Assembly: GCA_964614835.1 (NCBI GenBank)
Contig: CAZTNJ010000004.1
Location: 1 to 41,950 of the forward strand
Direction: 5' to 3'
Length of the DNA: 41,950 nucleotides
Origin: an uncultured Ignavibacteria bacterium
GTDB lineage: Bacteria > Zixibacteria > MSB-5A5 > UBA10806 > 4484-95
Each line of letters opens with the position of its first letter. The stretch's first letter is position 1. The notes beneath the pieces were generated by a model that was given only the letters and a program-made list of their open reading frames with translations, was not told the DNA's origin and did not search any database. The position numbers and the translations under genes were made by a program. Shown here in pieces: positions 35,362-41,950 of this stretch.

Positions 35362-37056
35362 GTGAGCAAACGTTACTGGTTGTATTTGGTAATGATCTGC
35401 CTATTCTTCACCACGGCAAGCGCCATGCCGCCGCATCCATCGCTATTGCGGAAAATTCTAGCGGGGGAATTGCCAGCGCCTATTTTTATGACAAATCCGG
35501 AATACCGGGTGATTAAAGGAATTGACCAGGGATTGCCTGAACCATTGTTCGAACCCCGGGCCCAACTTTCGAATTACAATTTTTTAACGATTTTAATCGG
35601 TTTTTCGGATCGACCCGGTGTAACTCCGCCGCAGATATTTGATTCGCTGGTTTATAGCGGCAATCCGATGCCGGGTCCCTGGGGTCCATCGCTACGTAAT
35701 TTCTACTACAGGGCATCGTACGGAAATTTTAACATTACGACCGTGAATATCCCCTCCTCGCTGGGATGGGCCACTTCCCCATTTTCCAGATATTATTATA
35801 CTCAAGCGGGGGGAAGTTATAGCTATGGAATGGGGACCTATCCCAATAATTCGCAGGCATTATGCGAGATGGCTATCAATATTATCGATCCACTGGTGAA
35901 TTTTGCTAATTACGATAACAATTCGGATGGATTCGTAGATGGTTTAATTATTGTGCATGCCGGTCCAGGAGCGGAAATTACCGGGGATACTCTTCATATC
36001 TGGTCGCATGAATGGAGTATCACGCCACAAACAAGGGATGGAGTACAGATATCGACATACAGCGTTGTTCCTGAATATCGATATACTCCTTCGCCAAATG
36101 ACAATACGGTGGGCGTGTTCGCTCATGAATTCGGCCATGTACTGGGATTACCCGATTTTTACGATTACGGTTACGATTCATATGGCCTGGGGGAATGGTC
36201 TTTAATGGCTTCCGGATCATGGAACGGCAATCGCGGCGGTGGCGATTTTTGGTCGGGTTGCAGTCCGGCGTTTCTGGATGCTTACAGCCGGGTATTTTTA
36301 GGATTCGTAACGCCAACCAATGTAGCTTACGACATGTTTAACGTGACGATACCTGCTGTTGAAGATAGCGCTAAAGTATACAGGCTGTGGACCCAGGGGA
36401 TAATAGGTCCGGAGTATTTCCTGGCGGAATATCGGTCATTCATTTATACTGATACCGCTCTTGCCAATATGGGATTGACCATCTACCACGTTGATGAAAC
36501 CCAACCTAACAACGATAACCAATGGTGGCCAGGGATGCCTCCTACTCCTCATTATAGAGTGGCTTTAGAGCAGGCCGACAATTTCTACGATCTCGAACAT
36601 AATATCAACGGGATGGATCCCGGCGATCCCTATCCCGGATCAACCGTGAATCCGGCATTTTCCGCGATGACATCGCCATCATCAAACAATTATTATGGCA
36701 TATCGACAATGGTATCGATTCATAATCTTATCCATATGCCGCCGCTAAGAATTGTCGCCGATTTATTTGTAGGAGCCACGGCGCCATCCTGTAGTTATCT
36801 GCCCGGAGATATCAGCGGCGACAATCAGCGATTGGGGGCGGATGTTACTTATGGAGTGCGGTTCTTTAAGGGAATCGGAAATGTTCCGCCGGATAGTTGT
36901 TGGATGGATTCGACAAGCGCTTATTTGTATGTTGCCGGGGATGTCAATGGTAATTGCGAATTTAGAGGATCAGACATCACCAGATTAGTGTCCTATTTTA
37001 AGGGGACGGCAGGGATAGCATTTTGTCACTTTTTCCCGCCGCCGCCATTGAGATAA
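35362..37056 (+). CDS. M6-family (immune inhibitor A-like) secreted metalloprotease with C-terminal dockerin-like module
   Basis: GTG start with GAGG 5 nt upstream and a signal peptide. The zinc motif 'HEFGHVLGLPDFYD' is typical of peptidase M6. The C-terminal 88 aa are 'CSYLPGDISGDNQRLGADVTYGVRFFKG...GDVNGNCEFRGSDITRLVSYFKG...'. Confidence 0.8.
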   Translation: MSKRYWLYLVMICLFFTTASAMPPHPSLLRKILAGELPAPIFMTNPEYRVIKGIDQGLPEPLFEPRAQLSNYNFLTILIGFSDRPGVTPPQIFDSLVYSGNPMPGPWGPSLRNFYYRASYGNFNITTVNIPSSLGWATSPFSRYYYTQAGGSYSYGMGTYPNNSQALCEMAINIIDPLVNFANYDNNSDGFVDGLIIVHAGPGAEITGDTLHIWSHEWSITPQTRDGVQISTYSVVPEYRYTPSPNDNTVGVFAHEFGHVLGLPDFYDYGYDSYGLGEWSLMASGSWNGNRGGGDFWSGCSPAFLDAYSRVFLGFVTPTNVAYDMFNVTIPAVEDSAKVYRLWTQGIIGPEYFLAEYRSFIYTDTALANMGLTIYHVDETQPNNDNQWWPGMPPTPHYRVALEQADNFYDLEHNINGMDPGDPYPGSTVNPAFSAMTSPSSNNYYGISTMVSIHNLIHMPPLRIVADLFVGATAPSCSYLPGDISGDNQRLGADVTYGVRFFKGIGNVPPDSCWMDSTSAYLYVAGDVNGNCEFRGSDITRLVSYFKGTAGIAFCHFFPPPPLR

Positions 37057-37090
37057 TTCGCGTTCACTGATACAGAAATTTTGCGAAAAT

Positions 37091-37128
37091 AAAAGGGCGA
37101 TTCCGACCGGGAATCGCCCTTCTTGTTT
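37091..37128. terminator. bidirectional rho-independent terminator between convergent genes
   Basis: 10-bp stem GGGCGATTCC / GGAATCGCCC with a 5-nt loop. An A-run lies upstream and TTCTTGTTT downstream. Confidence 0.7.
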
Positions 37129-37168
37129 ATGTTTGATTAATAAATCAAACCATTCCAATCTGTAATTT

Positions 37169-38275
37169 TTAGAATCTGAATTCGGTGTTCAAGAACAGGA
37201 AGCTTTCGGATTTGAGATCGGCTTGATAGCTCTTGTTGCGGAAATTCAATGAAGCGGCCACGCCCTTAACCGGGGTGCATTCGACGCCAGCGATTAGCAG
37301 GCTGCTGCCATTATCGTCAACATCGGTGTTGGGATCGGTCATATCGTAACGACCAAACAAACCGAGAGTGCGGAAAGGCGAATCTTCGCCGGTTAAACTT
37401 CTGAATTTCAGGTTGCCGAATATCGAGATGGCCGACGCTTTGACATCATCGGTACTGGGACCCTGACCCAGGGTGTTGGACCAGAATTCGCCTCCGACAT
37501 TGAACATGTCTTTGTAAGCCAGATTTGCGCCAACCGAGATAATCTGACGCTTATAATCGCCGGCTTTCATCGAGGAATCGATAACCATGTTCCGGGTGCC
37601 AGTGTAAAATTGAGCCGCAATCATGGTTTTCTCGAAATCAGGATTGCCAGACAGAGGTTTGAACACGAGGTATGGATTGATATCCTTGCTCTTGTTGTGT
37701 TCGTTCAAATCGGTATAACTGGTACCGTTCCAGATAGACAGACCGGCGTAACCATACTTGGATTTTTCGCCGATGTTATAATTGATAGTAGCGCCGAGGT
37801 CGGAGGTGGTCAGTATCTTGTTAAGGTCGCCGACCGAATTCAGTACATAGCGGTGACCCCACATCATGCCATCGACCGCATCCAGATATCTGGTTGGTTG
37901 AAGACCCAGACGAAGGGAGAGTTTCTCGGGGGCGAAATTCATTTTCCAGTCGGCGTATGCGAACTTGAGGACAATCATGTAACCGGCAAATGAGCCAAAC
38001 ATTTCATCTTTGGAATCGCGCAAATCGGTGGTGATATTCAAGCTGGTGTAGTCGCTTAATTTCGATTTGATGGTCACGTACGAACGATCCAACGAGAACT
38101 GGTTCCAACCTTTATAATCGACAGCGGTAGCGCTATCGACCATCATGGTGGTATCGGTCATATTCATCCACCACGAGCTGTAGATGCGGCCTTCGACAGT
38201 AGTTTCGATGGCCATCGATGTGCCCGCAATAACCATCACGGCCATCAGGGCGAAAATTGCTGTTAACTTTTTCAT
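37169..38275 (-). CDS. outer-membrane porin-like beta-barrel protein
   Basis: AAGGAG lies upstream. Signal peptide 'MKKLTAIFALMAVMVIAGTSMA', alternating amphipathic strands and a C-terminal 'FLNTEFRF' (terminal Phe OMP signature). Confidence 0.6.
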   Translation of the reverse strand: MKKLTAIFALMAVMVIAGTSMAIETTVEGRIYSSWWMNMTDTTMMVDSATAVDYKGWNQFSLDRSYVTIKSKLSDYTSLNITTDLRDSKDEMFGSFAGYMIVLKFAYADWKMNFAPEKLSLRLGLQPTRYLDAVDGMMWGHRYVLNSVGDLNKILTTSDLGATINYNIGEKSKYGYAGLSIWNGTSYTDLNEHNKSKDINPYLVFKPLSGNPDFEKTMIAAQFYTGTRNMVIDSSMKAGDYKRQIISVGANLAYKDMFNVGGEFWSNTLGQGPSTDDVKASAISIFGNLKFRSLTGEDSPFRTLGLFGRYDMTDPNTDVDDNGSSLLIAGVECTPVKGVAASLNFRNKSYQADLKSESFLFLNTEFRF

Positions 38276-38648
38276 TTTCTCACTCCTTATTTATTATTAC
38301 CTTTTTACATGTACATGGATTCAATTGCTCAATTACCTCTTTATCACCTCCTTGTTATCTGAACATCATATTAGTAAATAATCTCTATCAGATTTAAGTA
38401 TTGTTAAGAAATCGTAAGGATTTTATTGGATTGAATCAAATCCGGTAATAGCTGATCGGATCAATAAGCGGCGGCATACCCGCATTGCTTGGTAAAGGGC
38501 TATTCGATTTAGTTACAAACGATTTTAAAAACACGATCCGCATAATTTTATTCTCGTCCCTTATTGGAATATTATAACGTTTAAAACCGGTTTCTGGTTT
38601 CAAAAAATTATTAAATTGGCCTAATATATTATATATTAATCAATTGTC

Positions 38649-38683
38649 GCTGAAAGCATGACTGCATTTTTCAGCCTTTTTAT
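38649..38683 (+). terminator. orphan terminator-like hairpin on the plus strand inside a 598-bp intergenic region
   Basis: 7-bp stem GCTGAAA / TTTCAGC with a 13-nt loop, followed by CTTTTTAT. There is no plus-strand CDS upstream since 37056. Confidence 0.3.
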
Positions 38684-38873
38684 CACATATATTACCTACG
38701 GGGAAAGGGAAATTTAATATGCAATTGTTAAAGTCACCTATAATTCCTTAGGTATTAGATTGTATCATTACCTGTTAACCAAGTCAACAACAGTGAGGGT
38801 ATGGGGACGGTTCCGGGGATATAATCTTCGGTCAAGTTTTCAAGGGGATATAGTAAATGCGAAATATCGTGCA

Positions 38874-39869
38874 CTACTGCGGCAGCCGTTGTTTCAGCCA
38901 GGCCAGGATTTGGGAGCCGTCTTCGACTCTGGCAAAATCATCGGCGGCAGTAAATATGCCATCGTGCCGGAACATTGTCAGCTCATCCAGCGATTTCGGT
39001 TTTTTATCGAGAGGATATTTGTCGGCTAAATTTAGCGGGTAGTTATAGGTCGGTGGGATCTCCAGCATATCGGCGTGAGTAATTTTGGTGAGAATGTTTC
39101 CGGCCAGTGCGGTCTGATGGAGAAATATCGTTTTCAGTTTATCTGCATTGACCATAGACATTAGAGTCGGATCGGTGTAAAGTTTTTCAAATGCTATCGG
39201 CCAGCCGCGCAATATCCTCTTTTCGGGCCGGACAATTATCATGCCGGCGTTAAAATATGGCCGGATTTTCGATTCGCCCACTGGAGTAATCATGGGAAAT
39301 ATGGCCGAATCGGACACGTCAAGAATATCGTACAGCCGCGACCAGAACGAATCGGGCGGCTGGTCGTATGATGACCCAATCAGCTGATGCATCACCGGAC
39401 GATACCCCAGCGCGATATTCTCGGGCAACTCGAACGATTCGGGCCGTTTCACGAAAACGACATCGGGGTCGAGCCAGGCCAGATAATCGCAATTTCCGGC
39501 GGCTTCGCTTTCGGCAAGCGCGGATGCGTACACTTTGCCCGCATAGAACAATTGCCTCGCCTGAAACGGAGTGGCGCTTTTCTTGATTAGATAGCCATAG
39601 CGAGATTGTTGCTTGATAGCCAGCGATTCCATTTCCGGAGTTGGGTCGATAAGATAGAGCCAGCGCGGCATGGTTTTGTATTCGCCGGTAAACGAATCGA
39701 TACTTTCGAACATCACCATAGCCCAGTGTAAATCGTATTTGTCTTGAGCATAAGTGGCGAAAATTAATTTTGTTTTCGGCATAATAGGTGAATCTCCCTG
39801 ATTGAGTGTGGCATAAAAAGCGGCCCAAATCAACAGGAAAGCCACGATTATCAGAATCGCTTTTTTCAT
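38874..39869 (-). CDS. signal-anchored GT-A fold (GT8-like) nucleotide-sugar transferase, putative
   Basis: N-terminal TM anchor. DxD-like 'DYLAWLDPDVVF' and 'YFNAGMIIVRPE' resemble GT8 motifs. The AGGAG for this gene lies inside the end of the upstream methyltransferase. Confidence 0.45.
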   Translation of the reverse strand: MKKAILIIVAFLLIWAAFYATLNQGDSPIMPKTKLIFATYAQDKYDLHWAMVMFESIDSFTGEYKTMPRWLYLIDPTPEMESLAIKQQSRYGYLIKKSATPFQARQLFYAGKVYASALAESEAAGNCDYLAWLDPDVVFVKRPESFELPENIALGYRPVMHQLIGSSYDQPPDSFWSRLYDILDVSDSAIFPMITPVGESKIRPYFNAGMIIVRPEKRILRGWPIAFEKLYTDPTLMSMVNADKLKTIFLHQTALAGNILTKITHADMLEIPPTYNYPLNLADKYPLDKKPKSLDELTMFRHDGIFTAADDFARVEDGSQILAWLKQRLPQ

Positions 39870-39872
39870 AAT

Positions 39873-40628
39873 TTAATCTCCTGTCGCTGACGGCTTCTTG
39901 CCGATAAATAAATCGCAACTGCCCGGTTCGATTTCGCGGTGGTCGAACGGAATAGCCGTTGGGAAAAAACCGGTATTGGCGATAATCCGCAGCCAATCAT
40001 CGTGATGGAACAGCCCGGTGATATGCCGGTCGTATTCCGCCCAAACTTGATTGTTTTGATTACGCAATAAGTAGGCGAAATCGGTGATGCAGTTATCATC
40101 GTTGGGATTGGGGTCGTGCACCCATTCGAGGTAGCGCAGGCCGCGACCTTCGAAATCATGGCCGCCATGCGATGTTGACGGGCGGAAATTCTCTTTGGTG
40201 TGATCGGGCGCGAACAGCGCGGCGCCGCCCGGTTTGCAATGAACATAGGCGGTTTCGATCGCCTTTTTCAAATCGGCCAAAGTGGTCATATAGCTGATTG
40301 CATCGTGAATGAGGACCGCATCGAAAAGCCGGTCAAGGCGAACCGTTCGCATATCGCCCTGGATATGTTCGCATTCCGGATTGAGTTTCTGACTGACTTT
40401 CAACATCCCGGGCGCGATATCGACTAAGGTCATCTTGAAATGCACTTTAAGATGCGAGGCATTATTGCCGCCGCCGGAACCCAATTCCAATACCGTTTCG
40501 ATTTTGTTAAGCGTTGATTCGGTTAATATACGGCGAATGGTTTCCGATTCCTCAGCGTAATCCTCCGGCGCGGATAACACCGGCCACCAGGATGCGAACT
40601 CATCATATAAGCGTGGTTTAGAATTCAT
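39873..40628 (-). CDS. class I SAM-dependent methyltransferase
   Basis: Motif I 'VLELGSGGGNNA' and the post-I acidic 'LVDIAPGM'. Start set at ATG 40628 (GAGGGG 6 nt upstream) rather than TTG 40649. Confidence 0.75.
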   Translation of the reverse strand: MNSKPRLYDEFASWWPVLSAPEDYAEESETIRRILTESTLNKIETVLELGSGGGNNASHLKVHFKMTLVDIAPGMLKVSQKLNPECEHIQGDMRTVRLDRLFDAVLIHDAISYMTTLADLKKAIETAYVHCKPGGAALFAPDHTKENFRPSTSHGGHDFEGRGLRYLEWVHDPNPNDDNCITDFAYLLRNQNNQVWAEYDRHITGLFHHDDWLRIIANTGFFPTAIPFDHREIEPGSCDLFIGKKPSATGD

Positions 40629-40795
40629 GGATATCCCCTCGTTTGGCAATTTTACGCAGATTTCGGCGTTGAATAAAACACCGAAAAGTCGCTATATCAA
40701 TGCTATATATTTAATTACGTATAAAATCGCGAAAAGTTATGAGATTCCGACTCGCCACCAAACATCAAAAAACAATAAATATTTACAATAAACAC

Positions 40796-40824
40796 TTGCA
40801 TTTTAATTAATTTAAATATATATT
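40796..40824 (+). promoter_or_regulatory. candidate sigma70-type promoter TTGCAT-N17-TATATT
   Basis: Hexamers read directly from the sequence, about 30 nt upstream of ATG 40855. Confidence 0.45.
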
Positions 40825-40854
40825 CTAAGCAGAAACGATGTAATGGAGGCAAAT

Positions 40855-41652
40855 ATGGGCAATAAGCTGTTTTCGTTGGACAATTATCCTTCCCTGGCAA
40901 ATTCGGAAACATTTTTCGAGCGAATCGTTTCCGAGGATGGGGCGGCCGGACGGATATTCGGGCAATTCATAATTCTATGTCTGTTCCTTTTCGCTTATGG
41001 GATAATCATGGGGGCGTATCAAAGTTTTATCCAGGCCATTACGGCCGGAGTGAAATTAGCGGTGCTATTTAATCTGGCTTTGTTGATTTGTTTTCCGGCG
41101 TTTTTTATCGTGCAATTTATATTGGGGTCGCACTTGAAACTTCACCAGATGATCTCGATAATCCTGTCGGGGTTCGTGCTGATGGCCTCGATTATGCTGT
41201 CGTTCACGCCAATCGTGATAATCTTTTTGCTGACCGGCAGCAATTATTATTTCCTTCACTTGCTGCATGTGGCGATACTCGTGTTCGCGGGGATATTCGG
41301 GATGAACACGATCGTGCAGGCGCTTAAATATTCCTGCGAGAAAAAGAACGTCTATCCGCGTACCGGGGTGGTGGTGTTTCGGTTCTGGGTGATAATTCTG
41401 GCGTTTGTGGGAATTCAGCTGGCGTGGAATTTTCGGCCGTTTCTGGGAATCAAGGGGCGGGCGTATGAGTTATTCGCGCAACGCGAAGGAAATTTTTACG
41501 CGGCGATGATATACGCTGCCGATCAGTTAATCAGCCCGGACAGGCCTGTTAATGATGATTATCGCGGAGAATCCCGGGGCGACTCCAATAAACAGGAGCC
41601 TGACAACAATTGGATTGAACACATAGGCAAGGACAGCGCCGATGGACACTGA
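40855..41652 (+). CDS. multi-pass membrane protein of unknown function
   Basis: Five to six hydrophobic helices. Start set at ATG 40855 because GGAGG (40845-40849) lies 5 nt upstream; the ORF-track ATG at 40843 would contain that SD. Confidence 0.6.
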   Translation: MGNKLFSLDNYPSLANSETFFERIVSEDGAAGRIFGQFIILCLFLFAYGIIMGAYQSFIQAITAGVKLAVLFNLALLICFPAFFIVQFILGSHLKLHQMISIILSGFVLMASIMLSFTPIVIIFLLTGSNYYFLHLLHVAILVFAGIFGMNTIVQALKYSCEKKNVYPRTGVVVFRFWVIILAFVGIQLAWNFRPFLGIKGRAYELFAQREGNFYAAMIYAADQLISPDRPVNDDYRGESRGDSNKQEPDNNWIEHIGKDSADGH

Positions 41653-41656
41653 TATC

Positions 41657-41869
41657 ATGACTTTGGAGGAAGTGGCGGCCTATCTAAAAATGACGCCGCA
41701 GACAATTTACACATGGGCGCAGGAGAAACGGATACCGGCGGCCAAGCTTGGCAAAGAGTGGCGATTCAAGAAATCGATAATCGATCGCTGGTTCGAATCG
41801 CATTTTGACGAGAAGTTCAAGGACATTATCAAGCCGACGGAAATGGCGGACGGTGAGGGTGGGGATTAG
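41657..41869 (+). CDS. excisionase-family / MerR-like helix-turn-helix DNA-binding protein
   Basis: 'MTLEEVAAYLKMTPQTIYTWAQEKRIPAAKLGKEWRFKKSIIDRWF' matches the excisionase-family HTH pattern. An alternative ATG at 41642 overlaps the upstream gene by 11 nt. Confidence 0.65.
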   Translation: MTLEEVAAYLKMTPQTIYTWAQEKRIPAAKLGKEWRFKKSIIDRWFESHFDEKFKDIIKPTEMADGEGGD

Positions 41870-41950
41870 TAGGCAGCGAGCAGCCTGCTATCTCCATCCT
41901 ACCCGAAGCCAGCGGGCTTCGTTGGTGCGCAAAAATACATATTTTATGAT

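Noticed and set aside
38343-38353. ATCACCTCCTT, identical to the 3' tail of 16S rRNA, on the plus strand.
   Set aside because: It is isolated and AT-rich on both sides with no rRNA-like sequence upstream. It is simply the complement of a Shine-Dalgarno-like AAGGAGGTGAT on the minus strand (see the finding on 38276-38873).
39319-39996. 225-aa minus-strand ORF spanning the methyltransferase/GT junction.
   Set aside because: It is in an alternative frame to two genes with clear motifs and coupled start/stop signals. Its Arg-rich composition is typical of an off-frame translation.
41790-41800. GGTTCGAATCG, a tRNA T-loop-like sequence.
   Set aside because: It lies inside the HTH coding sequence (…DRWFESHF…). 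The flanking sequence cannot form a T-stem, acceptor stem or anticodon arm.
1-41950. Searched by eye for CRISPR arrays, rRNA or tRNA genes, transposases, integrases, reverse transcriptases and toxin-antitoxin pairs.
   Set aside because: There are no regularly spaced direct repeats, no RNA-gene signatures in the intergenic regions and no ORFs with transposase, integrase or RT motifs. The only mobile-element-like hint is the small excisionase-family HTH at the 3' edge.

Overview
This 41.95-kb window looks like chromosomal DNA from an uncultivated Gram-negative bacterium and is about 90% coding. Several proteins end in type IX secretion (T9SS) C-terminal domains and there is a PorV/PorQ-like barrel, which suggests an FCB-superphylum-like lineage. 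Unlike classical Bacteroidota, many genes have clear Shine-Dalgarno sites and TTGACA/TATAAT-like promoters. No rRNA, tRNA, CRISPR array, transposase or integrase was seen.

Contents in order:
- 581-5939 (minus): a five-gene operon joining a Tat-signal TldD and a PmbA/TldE to a ZnuABC-type metal importer.
- 6121-8400: a divergent gene fusing three domains, a PqqD-like peptide-recognition domain, an M50 site-2 protease and a HlyD adaptor. A GNAT gene follows.
- 9438-25341: a large cell-surface locus. It holds a T9SS-tagged EEP nuclease, a six-gene operon (two T9SS cargo proteins, a lipoprotein, a TonB-dependent receptor, a PorV/PorQ-like barrel and an NHL lipoprotein) and a 1261-aa repeat protein with YhcR/ExeM-like OB modules.
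- 25.9-31.7 kb: accessory kinase, transporter, methyltransferase, glycosyltransferase and acetyltransferase genes.
- 31.8-35.0 kb: housekeeping ychF, a ComB-family phosphatase and gcvT.
- 35.4-41.9 kb: an M6 metalloprotease, a porin-like barrel, a methyltransferase/GT-A pair, a membrane protein and a small HTH protein.

The most interesting items are the possible nucleic-acid or polymer capture-and-uptake surface locus and the RRE-S2P-HlyD fusion. Others are a Cys-rich dockerin-like C-terminal module shared by two unrelated secreted proteins, a probable ATT start codon and several structured intergenic regions. All domain calls come from reading motifs by eye; no searches were run.
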